A stretch of DNA of 64,000 nt from an uncultured Oscillospiraceae bacterium (GCA_902472555.1 CABROF010000001.1:32025-96024); one strand, 5' to 3'. Counted from the stretch's first letter, positions 37,597 to 48,560 are shown. Numbers and translations are program-made. Notes: a model not told the origin generated them from the letters alone.

Positions 37597-39234
37597 CTAA
37601 AACAAGCCTACGATTGTGCCGTCCTCATAAATATCAAGCTGCTGCGCCGAGGGCACTTTCGGCAGCCCCGGCATAGCCAGAACGCTGCCGGTCATAACGA
37701 CAATAAACCCGGCGCCTGCCGAAAGGGTCACTTCTGATACCGAAACCGTAAAATGCTCCGGACGGCCAAGCAGCTTCGCTTTATCCGAAAAGGAATACTG
37801 CGTCTTTGACATACATATGGGCAGATCGCCATAGCCCAAGGCCTCAATATTGGCAATGGCCTCATCTGCCTTTTGGCTGTATTCCACGGCATCCGCACCA
37901 TATATCTCCTGGCAGATACATAAGATCTTATCCTTCACCGGCTGCCGCGTGTCATACAAAGGCCGGAAATCTGCCTGACCCTCTTCAACCAGTGCGACAA
38001 GCGCCTCTGCCAAAGAAATTCCTCCGGCACCGCCCTGTGCATGCACATTGCACAAAGCGGCCAATGTCCCCCGTTCCGCGCAGTATTCCTGTACCAAACG
38101 CAATTCCGCATCCGTGTCGTCTGCGAATTGATTGACTGCCACGATCGGAGGTACGCGGAACTTATGCACATTCTCGATGTGCTTTCCGAGATTTGCAAGT
38201 CCTTCTGTTAAATCACCGTGTCCATGATGCTTCAGCGCCCGGATAGAGACAACAATCACCGCGGCATCCGGTTTCAAGCCCGCCTGTCTGCATTTGATAT
38301 CAAAAAACTTCTCAGCGCCCAGATCCGCACCGAAGCCGGCTTCCGTAATACAATATTCGCCGAGCTTCAGCCCCAGCTTTGTGGCAGTAACGCTGTTGCA
38401 GCCATGCGCAATATTGGCAAAGGGACCGCCGTGCATCAGGGCCGGCGTATTTTCAATCGTCTGAATGAGATTTGGCTTCACTGCATCCTTAAGCAGCAGC
38501 GCCATGGCGCCTTGCACCTTAAGATCGCCTACTGTGACCGGCATGCCGCTTTTATTGTATGCAACGATCATCCTGCTGAGCCGTTCCTTGAGGTCCTGAA
38601 AACCCTCTGCAAGACATAAAATCGCCATGACCTCAGTCGCTACGGTAATCACAAAGCCGTCCTCTCGGGGAATGCCCTGTTTGGCTCCGCCTAAACCGAT
38701 TACAATATGGCGCAGAGAACGGTCGTTCATATCAATACACCGCCGGCAAAAGACTTTATGGACATCAATCTCCAGTGTATTGTCCTGATATATATGATTA
38801 TCCACAACCGCAGCCAGCAGATTATTTGCCGCAGTTACCGCGTGAAGATCCCCTGTAAAATGCAGATTGATATCCTCCATGGGCAGTACCTGCGAATAGC
38901 CGCCGCCGGTAGCGCCGCCTTTGATTCCCATGACCGGCCCCAGCGACGGCTCCCGCAGTGCGATAAACGTCTTTTTTCCGATCCGGTTCAGGGCCTGTCC
39001 CAATCCAATGGTAACCGTCGTTTTTCCCTCTCCCATAGGGGTCGGGTTCATCGCAGTAACCAGCACCAGCTTTCCGTTCCTGCGCTCCTGTATTCCCCGT
39101 ACAAATGTATTCGTTATTTTTGCTTTATAATTTCCGTACAGCTCCAAGGCATCTTCCGGAATTCCCGCCGCAGCCGCTACCTCTCGAATCGGCCGTATGT
39201 CTGCCTGCTGTGCAATCTGAATATCTGTCAGCAT
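37597..39234 (-). CDS. fhs: Formate--tetrahydrofolate ligase.
   Basis: [40 protein letters not shown] ... [16 protein letters not shown] is diagnostic of FTHFS. Confidence 0.95.
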   Translation of the reverse strand: MLTDIQIAQQADIRPIREVAAAAGIPEDALELYGNYKAKITNTFVRGIQERRNGKLVLVTAMNPTPMGEGKTTVTIGLGQALNRIGKKTFIALREPSLGPVMGIKGGATGGGYSQVLPMEDINLHFTGDLHAVTAANNLLAAVVDNHIYQDNTLEIDVHKVFCRRCIDMNDRSLRHIVIGLGGAKQGIPREDGFVITVATEVMAILCLAEGFQDLKERLSRMIVAYNKSGMPVTVGDLKVQGAMALLLKDAVKPNLIQTIENTPALMHGGPFANIAHGCNSVTATKLGLKLGEYCITEAGFGADLGAEKFFDIKCRQAGLKPDAAVIVVSIRALKHHGHGDLTEGLANLGKHIENVHKFRVPPIVAVNQFADDTDAELRLVQEYCAERGTLAALCNVHAQGGAGGISLAEALVALVEEGQADFRPLYDTRQPVKDKILCICQEIYGADAVEYSQKADEAIANIEALGYGDLPICMSKTQYSFSDKAKLLGRPEHFTVSVSEVTLSAGAGFIVVMTGSVLAMPGLPKVPSAQQLDIYEDGTIVGLF

Positions 39235-39246
39235 AAAATCGATCCT

Positions 39247-40116
39247 TTACCTCTGAATTTTTTCTCCGATTCCCTCGCCCATTTTCACGATGGTCTCATA
39301 ATGCTCCATAGAATTCTTCATGATATCCGCATCAAAACGGACTCTGTCTTTTTTGATCAGCAATACGACGGTAGAACCGCCGAATTCAAAATATCCCTTT
39401 TCCTGACCGCGGATTACATTTTCCGAAGCCTGATGGTTTCGAATCTTTCCGACCACCATGGCGCCAACCTCCATCTGTACTACCGCACCGAAATTTCTGG
39501 TGTTAATAATACAATATTCTCTGGCGTTTTCCTTGTATACGTCGACATAATCCAGCGCTAAGGGATTTACGGTATGCAGCTTGCCCGGAATTTTAACATT
39601 CTCAGTCTTCCAGCCTGAATCCACATAACAATATCTGTGATAATTATCTACGGTCAGACGGATCACCGCACAATAGCCGCCGTTATACCGGAGGGCCAGC
39701 TTTTCATTCTGCAGCAGGGAGGCAACAGAATAATGAGAATTTTTTATATAAAATAAGGTGTCTTCATGAATCGTGTGAACGGATATTTTTCCGTCGCAGG
39801 GACTGATGAGAATGTTGTCATCCATCGCGATCTCCCGCCGTTCCGGTTTGATCCGGCGGGTAAAAAAATCGTTATATGAGCGATACTTCTGTTCAATATA
39901 ATCATCCAGACAAATCCCGTTTTTATTTACAAAGGGTTTGATTGCCACGCGGGATGCCCTTGAATTCAGCACGGCTCCGGAAACACGGGAAAAAGAACGC
40001 GTAACAAGCAGTTTTACCAGCATACGCCCCCATGTTTTCGAATACAAACCGTTTAATACCCGATCCTGCTTTTCATTTCCTGTAATTACATTTCCGCAGC
40101 GATCCTTATAATTCAT
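39247..40116 (-). CDS. psd: Phosphatidylserine decarboxylase proenzyme.
   Basis: FFTRRIKPERREI ... ISPCDGKIS ... FEFGGSTVVLL (the G-S-T self-cleavage site). Confidence 0.85.
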   Translation of the reverse strand: MNYKDRCGNVITGNEKQDRVLNGLYSKTWGRMLVKLLVTRSFSRVSGAVLNSRASRVAIKPFVNKNGICLDDYIEQKYRSYNDFFTRRIKPERREIAMDDNILISPCDGKISVHTIHEDTLFYIKNSHYSVASLLQNEKLALRYNGGYCAVIRLTVDNYHRYCYVDSGWKTENVKIPGKLHTVNPLALDYVDVYKENAREYCIINTRNFGAVVQMEVGAMVVGKIRNHQASENVIRGQEKGYFEFGGSTVVLLIKKDRVRFDADIMKNSMEHYETIVKMGEGIGEKIQR

Positions 40117-40158
40117 GCAATGCCTCCGGATAGATAGATATGATATACGGCTGTAGCC

Positions 40159-40785
40159 TCAAGAACCTAAGATTACGCCGACTAAGACCAGCAGGCCGAC
40201 TCCGCACATAATGACTGTTTCTGCAGTACCCGGCTTTTTCACTTTGACATTCAGCACAAACAGCACCGCAATAACAAGCATGAGGATTCCGTAAAAAAGC
40301 TGATAGTCAAAACCCTTTCCGAGAGGTCTGTCCAAAGCGTATACCATCGGCAGAAACAGTGCTACAGAGGTAACGGGAAGCCCCTGGTAATGCGTTCGCT
40401 TTCCGCTGCTGCCGCGCTGCCGTTCTTCTTCAAAAACATTAAAGTAACCGAGACGGATAATCGCGCCTAAAATATAGACCACAGCTACGGCGATCCAATA
40501 CCAGCGGAAGGTGTCTCGAAAAAAATTATACAGTAAAATAACAGGAAACACGCCGAAACAAACGAGGTCGCACAGAGAATCAATCTGGATTCCGAACATC
40601 TTTTCATGTTCGGAACGCTTCACTTTCGATGCCACACGGCCATCAAACAAATCACAGATGCCGGAAAGCATCAGACATAGGAATGCAATTTTATATGCGC
40701 CGCGCATTGCCATCGCCATACCGACCACAGAAGATGCCAAACCGAAATATGTAAGTATTACTGAACAATTGTAAAATCCTATCAT
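40159..40785 (-). CDS. pssA: CDP-diacylglycerol--serine O-phosphatidyltransferase (CDP-alcohol phosphatidyltransferase family).
   Basis: CDP-OH-transferase motif DLFDGRVASKVKRSEHEKMFGIQIDSLCDLVCFGV. Polytopic membrane protein. It lies upstream of psd. Confidence 0.8.
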   Translation of the reverse strand: MIGFYNCSVILTYFGLASSVVGMAMAMRGAYKIAFLCLMLSGICDLFDGRVASKVKRSEHEKMFGIQIDSLCDLVCFGVFPVILLYNFFRDTFRWYWIAVAVVYILGAIIRLGYFNVFEEERQRGSSGKRTHYQGLPVTSVALFLPMVYALDRPLGKGFDYQLFYGILMLVIAVLFVLNVKVKKPGTAETVIMCGVGLLVLVGVILGS

Positions 40786-40888
40786 AGCTTCAACCCTCAT
40801 TTAATTGACTCTCTTTTGTGCCGTACAAACTATATTGTAAACGGTACAATATATAAATTCAAGTATATTTTATATCCAAAACACACGC

Positions 40889-41281
40889 TCAGCGGTCATT
40901 CAGCTTGCTTTGGGCCTTTTGAAAAAACGGCTCCCGTTCTACAATAAACCGCTCGTGCCGCCCCTTTCCGATCAATCCCTTTCCATCATATGCCGCAACC
41001 TCGAAAACAAGTCGCTTTCTGTCGATTTCAATTAAATTGCTGTCGCACCAGACCTTCATTCCCACCGGCGTGGCAGACACATGCTGTATGTGCAAAGAAA
41101 TGCCTACCGTACAGAAGCCCTCCTCCAGATAAGGCGCCACGCTTTCCGCAGCCGTCAGCTCCATCAATGCCGTTAGAAAAGGAGTTCCGTACACTTCAAG
41201 CAGTCCGCTGCCGATGTGCAGCGCTGTTCTGTCATACGTCACCACGTCCTCAGCATGTCCCTTAATTCCGGTTTCCAGCAT
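40889..41281 (-). CDS. Hotdog-fold thioesterase superfamily protein.
   Basis: About 130 aa with a thioesterase-like core (TALHIGSG ... TVGISLHIQHVSATPVGMKV). Confidence 0.5.
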   Translation of the reverse strand: MLETGIKGHAEDVVTYDRTALHIGSGLLEVYGTPFLTALMELTAAESVAPYLEEGFCTVGISLHIQHVSATPVGMKVWCDSNLIEIDRKRLVFEVAAYDGKGLIGKGRHERFIVEREPFFQKAQSKLNDR

Positions 41282-41359
41282 TGTAAAAACCTCCTATTTT
41301 CTGATTGAATTTTTATTGTATCAAAAATAAAGGTAAAATACAATCAGATGATCTGTACA

Positions 41360-41396
41360 TAAAAAACGCCGCCCTTCAAAAAACAGGACGGCGTTC
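41360..41396 (-). terminator. Rho-independent terminator downstream of the 41444..42550 gene.
   Basis: On the minus strand, the stem AACGCCGTCC...GGGCGGCGTT is followed by TTTTTAT. Confidence 0.45.
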
Positions 41397-41443
41397 CCTC
41401 AATAGCCGCATATTCTTGGTATAAGCATGCCATACAGAAAGGG

Positions 41444-42550
41444 TTACAGGTTTTTCAGCAGGGACAGCACTTCATCAATTTCATCTTTTGTATTGAAATA
41501 GTTAAAGCTAAACCGGACCGTTCCCCGTTCCTGTGTGCCGATCGCTCTGTGCGCAAGCGGCGCACAGTGAAATCCGGGTCTGCTGCAGACGGATTGATCG
41601 CCTAGAAAAGAGCCTACCCGAACCGGATCCCTGCCCTTAATATTGATCGATACCACCCCTGCAAAACGGTCGGGACATTCGGTGCCGCCGTATACGATGA
41701 TATTCGGCAGCCGCAGCGCCCGTTCAACAAAATATTGGCGCAGCGTGCGGTCCTTTGCACGGATCTGCTCCAGACCCACGGATTTTATAAAATCCAGTCC
41801 TGCGCCCAGTGCTGCAACTCCGTGGGTATTTACGGTTCCGGCTTCAAAGCAGTCGGGCATATCCTTAGGCTGCGTCAGTTCAAAGCTTTTGCTGCCGGTT
41901 CCGCCGCACATATACGGCCGAATCCGGACATGCGGCGCAACATAAATGCCGCCGGTCCCCTGTATGCCAAACAATCCTTTGTGACCGGTAAAGCACAATA
42001 CATCAATATTCATTTTTTCTACATCAAGTTCTTCGACGCCTGCACTTTGCGCTGCATCAACAATAAATGTGACGCCCTTCTCTCTGCATGCCGCACCGAT
42101 TTTCCGTATATCGTAAATCTGTCCGGTAACATTTGAAATATGCGTCATCATGACGGCTCCGGTGACATCGGAGATGGATTTAATCACTTTGTCGGCTTCA
42201 ATTCCGCCGTTTCGGTCCGCCTTCACAATATGATAATACCCTCTTGATACGCAGGGCCGCAGTACGGAGTTGTGATCCATTTCTGTAATTACAATCTGTC
42301 CGTAACATAAATTTGCCGCAATATTCAGCGCATGTGTCGCATTCATAGTAAATGCAATGCGCAGCGGGTCTTTTACATGAAATAATTCCGCTGCCTTTTC
42401 CCGCACCTCGAATAATTTATACGCAGACCATTTTGCTGCACTGTGCGTCCCGCGGCCGGGATTTCCCGCGTTCTCCAAGGATTCCAGCAGGGCCTCTTTC
42501 ACACCCGGCGGTTTTGGCCAGCTCGTTGCGGCATTATCAAAATATATCAT
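41444..42550 (-). CDS. Class-V aminotransferase / cysteine desulfurase family protein (NifS/selenocysteine-lyase-like).
   Basis: MIYFDNAATSWPKPPGV ... PLP-lysine region FTGHKGLFGIQGTGGIY. Confidence 0.7.
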   Translation of the reverse strand: MIYFDNAATSWPKPPGVKEALLESLENAGNPGRGTHSAAKWSAYKLFEVREKAAELFHVKDPLRIAFTMNATHALNIAANLCYGQIVITEMDHNSVLRPCVSRGYYHIVKADRNGGIEADKVIKSISDVTGAVMMTHISNVTGQIYDIRKIGAACREKGVTFIVDAAQSAGVEELDVEKMNIDVLCFTGHKGLFGIQGTGGIYVAPHVRIRPYMCGGTGSKSFELTQPKDMPDCFEAGTVNTHGVAALGAGLDFIKSVGLEQIRAKDRTLRQYFVERALRLPNIIVYGGTECPDRFAGVVSINIKGRDPVRVGSFLGDQSVCSRPGFHCAPLAHRAIGTQERGTVRFSFNYFNTKDEIDEVLSLLKNL

Positions 42551-42744
42551 AGAAAAATCAATCCTTTCAAATTCAATCTACAGCCCTTACGGCCTGCTGC
42601 CAAACTGCCGATATTTTATAATATGAATTGAAGCGGATAAAATTGCGCATACTATACAAGATGGAAAGCAGAAGGTCCGGAGTCCGCAGCAAAAGGACTT
42701 TCGCACGAATAAAAAATACAAACTGCGGAGAAACGGAGTCAAAT

Positions 42745-43341
42745 ATGGCAGTAAACTTTTTGGAAAGCGCAACAAAAGAAAATCTCATGCGGGCATTTGC
42801 CGGCGAAAGCCAAGCCAGAAACCGTTATACGTTTGCGGCTTCTCAGGCGAAAAAAGCAAATCTGCACATCATCGAACAATTATTCACTTATACCGCGCAG
42901 CAGGAAAAGGAACACGCGGAAATATTCTATCACTTCTTATCAGCGGCAGCAAAGGAAAATATCAATATCAGCGGCGGATATCCGGTGGATATTTCCGACA
43001 GCATTGCAGATCTTCTGCAGATGGCGCATCATAATGAATATGAAGAATATCAGATTGTCTATAAGCAATTCGGAGATCAGGCAAAAGAAGAGGGATTCGA
43101 CAGCATTGCCGGAACCTTTTATATGATCGCAGGAATTGAAAAAATACATGGAGACCGCTTTGCCCGCTTTGCGGATATGCTGCGGCAGAATCAATTATTT
43201 TCCGCAGATCAGGAAACAGGCTGGCTCTGTCTGAACTGCGGCTATGTGCATACAGGCAAGGAGGCCCCCAAAATATGTCCGGTCTGCAGGCATAATCAGG
43301 GATATTATATCCGGTGGGCAGACTCTCTGTTTGAAAACTGA
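42745..43341 (+). CDS. rbr: Rubrerythrin (ferritin-like diiron domain plus C-terminal rubredoxin-like CxxC...CxxC).
   Basis: ESATKENLMRAFAGESQARNRYTFAASQA ... QQEKEHAE ... WLCLNCGYVHTGKEAPKICPVCRHNQGYY. Start ATG 42745 with an RBS. The track ORF extends to 42628. Confidence 0.9.
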   Translation: MAVNFLESATKENLMRAFAGESQARNRYTFAASQAKKANLHIIEQLFTYTAQQEKEHAEIFYHFLSAAAKENINISGGYPVDISDSIADLLQMAHHNEYEEYQIVYKQFGDQAKEEGFDSIAGTFYMIAGIEKIHGDRFARFADMLRQNQLFSADQETGWLCLNCGYVHTGKEAPKICPVCRHNQGYYIRWADSLFEN

Positions 43342-43378
43342 TCAGCACCATGCCGAACATTGAAAAAGCGAAAAACAC

Positions 43379-43424
43379 TTCTGCCGGAGATTCTGCGCTG
43401 TTTTGACGCAGTTCTCCGGCAGGA
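43379..43424. terminator. Compound hairpin (CTTCTGCCGGAGA ... TCTCCGGCAGGA with an inner CTGCG/CGCAG hairpin) between convergent rbr and the GH43-like gene.
   Basis: Read directly from the sequence. On the minus strand it is followed by GTTTTTCGCTTTTT. Confidence 0.4.
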
Positions 43425-43450
43425 ATCGAAATCAGCGTTATACGCGCTTC

Positions 43451-45003
43451 TTATAAATTCATTGCATACAGCTTTAAATCAGAGCATTCTACTTTTGCAT
43501 TCTGCAGCACAAAGCCGATTCTGCCTGTGCCGGTTCCAAGATTTACAAAAGTCTGAACAAGGAAGCCTCCGACATATAGCTCAAACATATTCCGCCTGTA
43601 AAGAAAACGGAACGCATATTCCTTCCCGGCATCAATGCCTCTGACAGTTGCGCAGTCCTCTCCTGTAACGTCAATCATCTCCCGGTTCATCCGATCCTGT
43701 TCCAAGCGAATTGTTTCCACGATCGAATACCGCTTATAAGGATGTCCGATCTCCAGAGAAATCGCCATTCCCCGGGGCGTCTCGCCTTCCTCTTCTACAA
43801 AAAATCCCATCGAGGCAGGACGCCAATTTTCAGTTGCATGACGCACCTCGTCGTAAACCGGATAAGAATAAGCCTTCAATATTCCCTGAAAGACCATGCC
43901 CTGCGTCAGATCCATAGGGATATCCAACGTAACCAGCATATGACGGTCACTGACGGTCGGCCCGTAAAATGCGTTGACATTGGCGCAAAGCTTTCCGTCC
44001 GAAGGTTCGAATACCGTGGGTCTGCAGCGTTCCGGAAGCGGCGCTTCCGGGCGCAGCGTCGCATATGTTAGTTGAAAAGCTTCTTTAGGAACAGGGATCT
44101 CCCGGCCCTTTACCAGTTCATTTCCTTCCCAATAGCCCAGACGCAGATGCCCGGCTGCATCCACCACGGCCTTACGCATCGGCAGCAGCCAAATCTGACG
44201 GGAACCGCCGCCGTCCACTGCGTTGCTGATCAAAAGCGTGTCATCCTTGCCTCTGGCAAACGCCGCCAGATTCTGAATAAAAACCCGGCCCTCCAGCCGA
44301 TCAAATCCGCATAGCCGGAAAGCCTCTTTATCCGGACGGAAGGGCCCTTTCGGTGAATCTGCCGTAAAGGTGTACAGTCCGTATCCGTAATTTCCCGCAT
44401 ATCCGACAAATCCGCCGATATAGTAGTAAGTATCCCCGATTTTTTCCATGCCTCCGCCTTCCAGGCAGTCAATGGGCGGGACCTCCCCCCATTCAATTAC
44501 CGGCGGCGCCTGCACCTCCCACTGATATCCGTCTTTGCTGATACTAAGCCCCCAGGCGGAAAGCAGCTCCGGATGCGGCGTGGCCACAGGATAACCGTAA
44601 TAGGTATCCTTTTCCCGATAAACATACATATGATCCCAGCGTCCCGTTGTCCGATACCACGTGCCGTCCGGATGATCGGCACCAATAAACTCCCAATGCT
44701 CCATATCCGTTGATTTATAATATCGAATCGTATCATTGTTTACTTTCGAAGGCTCACTGAAGCTGCCGAAATCCGCCACCACGCATGTATCTGTTTCATA
44801 GAGAAACATTTTACAGATACCGGCCGGATCCTCCAGCACTGCCCCCACATCCTTCCAGTGGACACCGTCCTCGGATTGTGCAAGCCACATAAAATCATGC
44901 CGCACATCCTCATCCTTAAAATACATGGATACCATGTAATATTTACCGTTTCGGTACAGTACGGTGGGATCCCAGATTCCTCCGTGCTCAGGTTTATAAA
45001 ACA
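43451..45003 (-). CDS. Five-bladed beta-propeller glycoside hydrolase, GH43-like (GH32/GH43 clan).
   Basis: MFYKPEHGGIWDPTVLYRNGKYYMV resembles the GH43 N-terminal DP..(R).G..YYL signature. The ATG is at about 45003. The track ORF (to 45295) carries a roughly 97-codon junk extension that overlaps the Fur-family gene. Confidence 0.5.
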
Positions 45004-45167
45004 TGACCTTCCTCTTTCTCCGGCAGTCTGATTGTTTGAAAAATGCGCCGCATCCTCTGCCGGCAAAACGAACGCTGAGGATTTTCATTATAAAAGAAGC
45101 CCCGCTGCCTGAACAGTGACATTTTACGGCCGGAGCGGAGAAAATACGACATTTTCCAAAAACGCTG

Positions 45168-45566
45168 TTATTTTGCTGCTGCGCAGTTTCGGCAGATTCC
45201 GCCGAACATGATATAGCAGCTGCTGATTTCTGCCGCTTGTGCAAACAAGGCCGCCTGCAACTGTGACTGAAGCAATGCCAGAAGCTCCTCCTCATCCTTT
45301 AGATCATATACACAGCCGCAGCTTTCACAGGTAAAATGCAGGTGCGGTGCGGTACAGCCATCATAACGCTCCGGGCCGTCTGACATCGGCAGTTTTAAAA
45401 TCATTCCGTTTTTCGACAAATCATTTAAATTGCGGTAAACCGTCCCGAGACTGTAGTTGGGCATTTTATCCCGCACCGCACGGTACAGCTCCTCTGCGGT
45501 GGGATGGTCCTTCCTCCCTCGCAATTCATTTAATAATATTTCACGCTGCTTACTGTATTTTTTCAT
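45168..45566 (-). CDS. Fur-family metalloregulator (Fur/PerR/Zur type).
   Basis: MKKYSKQREILLNELRGRKDHPTAEELYRAVRDKMPNYSLGTVYRNLNDL (winged helix) ... HLHFTCESCGCVYDL ... CYIMFGGICRNC (two CxxC pairs). Confidence 0.8.
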   Translation of the reverse strand: MKKYSKQREILLNELRGRKDHPTAEELYRAVRDKMPNYSLGTVYRNLNDLSKNGMILKLPMSDGPERYDGCTAPHLHFTCESCGCVYDLKDEEELLALLQSQLQAALFAQAAEISSCYIMFGGICRNCAAAK

Positions 45567-45586
45567 AATCAACCGCCTCTTAAATC

Positions 45587-45599
45587 AGGAATAATTCCT
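45587..45599. promoter_or_regulatory. 13-bp perfect palindrome AGGAATAATTCCT immediately upstream of the RBS of the Fur-family gene. Candidate autoregulatory operator.
   Basis: Read directly from the sequence. AT-rich palindromes in this position are typical of Fur/PerR boxes, although this one does not match the 7-1-7 consensus. Confidence 0.3.
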
Positions 45600-45756
45600 A
45601 TCTTTATTTAGCTTATCAAAAAAGAATTATTTTGTCAAGGCAGGGTACACGTGCCGCGTCGGATTATGCATTTACAGAAAAATGAAATTCGTATTATAAT
45701 AGAAAGGTACGCGTACTATACCGCAGAAGAAAAAACACAAGCAACGGAGTGATGCT

Positions 45757-47364
45757 ATGCCGGCCATTGCCGTCCGCAATAAAAAATGGATCTTATTTCT
45801 TTTGGTCGCCGCGTTTCTTTTTATGTCACTGTGCACGATGACATCCTATCTATTTCCGCTTCACAGCCGCGTAGACCAAAATATCTTTTTTACCATCGGA
45901 CGTGAACTGCTGAACGGAAAGGTTCTGTACAGGGATCTGTTCGATCACAAAGGACCTTTGATTTACTTTATGCATGCGTTCGCCGCCATGATTTCCGAAA
46001 CAACTTTTATCGGCGTATTTCTGCTTGAAGTACTCTTTTTTGCCGTTTTAATGTACTACATTTATAAGATCGCGCTTCTTTTTGCCTCCAAACAAAACGC
46101 GGCCTGTACAGCCGTGCTGTCCGGTGCATTGATTGCCACCGCCAGCTGCTTTAAGCGCGGCGACAACGCAGAAGAGTTCTGTCTGACCTTTTTCGCGGTC
46201 AGCCTGTTTTATCTGCTCCGGTATTTTAAGGAGCGTGAAAATCATACCGGAACGTCTGATGGGCCTGTCTGTATGCGCTACCGGCTGATCCTGTTTAACG
46301 GACTTCTGGCAGGATGTGTCCTTTGGATCAAGTTTACGCTTTTGGGCTTCTGGATTGTTTGGATGGCAGCCGTCTTTTTTATCTGCTGTATGCAGAAGCA
46401 ATATGCACGCGGAGTCATCAGCTGCTTGGTATTTCTCGGCGGCATGCTGATCACAGCGATTCCTTGGTTCCTCTATTTCTGGCGCTGCGATGCAGTCGCG
46501 GTCTGGCTGCAGACATATTTTTACGCCAATATCTTCCAGTATACCGCAGAGGCAGATCTTACACAGCGCCTTTTGGTATTGATTGAACGCGTCGGTTATG
46601 ATCTCGCGGTAAATCCGCTTCTTTGGTTTACGATCCTGTGGGGAATCGCCAAATTTTCATTTACAAAGCAGTATTTCCGGCTTAAAATTCACCGCATCGT
46701 TTTTGCGGTCTCTTTCTTTTTTTCTTATTTTATCCTTTATATCGGCGGCGTCGGTTATGATTACTATATGCTGATTGTCGCTGTGTTTACCATGTTCGGC
46801 ATATCGGATATTTGGGAGCGCATACAAAAGCGCAGAAAAAACGCCGGCATTCCGGCGGAAGGCGCCGCTGCCGGCAGAAAAGCAGAAAAACGATTTCTGC
46901 TCTTTTTTGCAGCAGTAATCTGCGGGATAGCACTGCTCAGCAACTGTCTGCCCTATTATGGAAAAAGCAGGCAGGATTATCCGCAGTATCTTTTTGCGGA
47001 AGAAATGCAAAAGTCAGAAAATCCGACGCTGCTGAATTATGGTTTTATCGATCAGGGCTTTTATTTTGCCGCCGGCATCAGACCGATCAATCAATTCTTC
47101 TGCAAGGTCAATATTCCACGTTCCGGACTTCCGGAGATGTATGAAGAGCAGGAAACGCTTGTGCAGCGCCGAGAAGTTGAATTTGTCGTTGTCCGGATGA
47201 ACAAAGGCGAGGATTTCAGCACGCTTTTGCACGCTGAAAAATATACCGCCAGTCCGTATCAGGTAGATTATACCCTGCTGCCGGCAGGCTATGAAGTGGT
47301 CCGATACGGAGAGGACCCCTTTGAGAATTATAAATTTGCGCTGCTGAGACGTACGGATAGATAA
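45757..47364 (+). CDS. Polytopic membrane protein, a putative GT-C fold glycosyltransferase (GT39/PMT- or ArnT-like).
   Basis: 535 aa with roughly 12 or more hydrophobic helices. The N-terminal loop is ...DQNIFFTIGRELLNGKVLYRDLFDHKGPLIYFMHAF. It has a large C-terminal soluble domain. Confidence 0.4.
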   Translation: MPAIAVRNKKWILFLLVAAFLFMSLCTMTSYLFPLHSRVDQNIFFTIGRELLNGKVLYRDLFDHKGPLIYFMHAFAAMISETTFIGVFLLEVLFFAVLMYYIYKIALLFASKQNAACTAVLSGALIATASCFKRGDNAEEFCLTFFAVSLFYLLRYFKERENHTGTSDGPVCMRYRLILFNGLLAGCVLWIKFTLLGFWIVWMAAVFFICCMQKQYARGVISCLVFLGGMLITAIPWFLYFWRCDAVAVWLQTYFYANIFQYTAEADLTQRLLVLIERVGYDLAVNPLLWFTILWGIAKFSFTKQYFRLKIHRIVFAVSFFFSYFILYIGGVGYDYYMLIVAVFTMFGISDIWERIQKRRKNAGIPAEGAAAGRKAEKRFLLFFAAVICGIALLSNCLPYYGKSRQDYPQYLFAEEMQKSENPTLLNYGFIDQGFYFAAGIRPINQFFCKVNIPRSGLPEMYEEQETLVQRREVEFVVVRMNKGEDFSTLLHAEKYTASPYQVDYTLLPAGYEVVRYGEDPFENYKFALLRRTDR

Positions 47365-47404
47365 TCAGGAACGCTGCTGAAACAGAAACTTTACAAATGT
47401 TCCG

Positions 47405-48310
47405 TTATCCCTGCGTGATTTCCCCGCTCCGGTTCAATCGGCTTTTCTGTTTTTTTCGGTACTCTCGAGGCGTTATTCCGGTTATTTCTTTAAAGCGCTT
47501 TGTGAAATATCCCAGTGAAACAAATCCGCTCAGTCCCGCGACTTCTGTGATACTGCGTGATGCGTCCTTCAGAAGATACAGGCTCTGCCCGATACGATAC
47601 CTGTTCAGATAAGTAAAAAATGTTTCTCCCATATATTTTTTAAAGGCCCTGCAGCTCTCGCTTTTGCACAAATTCATTTCTGCAGCCAGTTGGTCAAGGG
47701 TTATCTGTTCCGAATAATGCGCCGCAATATATTCGATAGCACTTTTGATACGCGCCGTGTCACACCGCTCATTGTAATCATTGGCCGAGCTTGTATGTGC
47801 AGTAATTTCCTCCCATATACAGAGCAGAATAATATTCTGGCGAAGCGGTGTATTACCTCTATCCATTTCATGGATCAGTGCAAGCACGCGGCTCTGCCAA
47901 TCTCCGTCCGGCCTAAAATGTATGGCAGCCAGCGTTTTATTTTCCAGAACCGGAGTCACATATTCCGTTTGTATCAGACTTGACGGAAATGAAGAAATCA
48001 GTCTTGGATGAAACGTCACAGAAAGGTATCGGCAGTTCTCAGAGGAATGCCTCTGACCTGCATGAAGTACATTCGCATTGCAGAAAAGGCCCTCTCCCGC
48101 TTGCAGATAATGAACGGTTTCATTGGTCTGATACGCAATGTCTCCCTCCTGTACCAGCGTAAGCTCAATCTCCGGATGCCAATGACACAAAAAACTTTTT
48201 GTATCAAAGTCCGACAAGCTTTCGTGGCTGATCAGCAAGGGAAAATGATAACTGCCGTGTTCTTTTATTTCTTTTTTCTGGTCATCAATCTGCAGCTGCA
48301 TAATATTCAT
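47405..48310 (-). CDS. AraC-family transcriptional regulator (cupin plus HTH). It is divergent from galT and likely regulates galT and the GH2 gene.
   Basis: C-terminal ITEVAGLSGFVSLGYFTKRFKEITGITPREYRKK. Confidence 0.75.
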   Translation of the reverse strand: MNIMQLQIDDQKKEIKEHGSYHFPLLISHESLSDFDTKSFLCHWHPEIELTLVQEGDIAYQTNETVHYLQAGEGLFCNANVLHAGQRHSSENCRYLSVTFHPRLISSFPSSLIQTEYVTPVLENKTLAAIHFRPDGDWQSRVLALIHEMDRGNTPLRQNIILLCIWEEITAHTSSANDYNERCDTARIKSAIEYIAAHYSEQITLDQLAAEMNLCKSESCRAFKKYMGETFFTYLNRYRIGQSLYLLKDASRSITEVAGLSGFVSLGYFTKRFKEITGITPREYRKKQKSRLNRSGEITQG

Positions 48311-48560
48311 CTCGGGATAAATTGCCGTCTACAAGTCATATTCTCAATATTGTTGTAAAAAAAGCAAATATCTTAATAGTTTTCTATTTATAAACCTATT
48401 ATAATTTTAATTCGAAAAAAATCAAGTATCGGATGGAGCTTACGATTATTCTCAAAGAGATCGAAAAAACTTTAGGCAGCTGCAGACACCCCTCAATTCT
48501 GCACCCGGACGAGCCAGGCAGATCCCGAACACACCGACTATAACGCTGGAGGAATCATAA

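Noticed and set aside
43451-45295. The 614-aa version of the GH43-like ORF.
   Set aside because: Its first 97 or so codons (MRRSFWHCFSHSCRR...) are Cys- and Arg-rich junk and overlap the well-supported Fur-family gene on the same strand. The real start is the MFYKPEHGG Met at about 45003.
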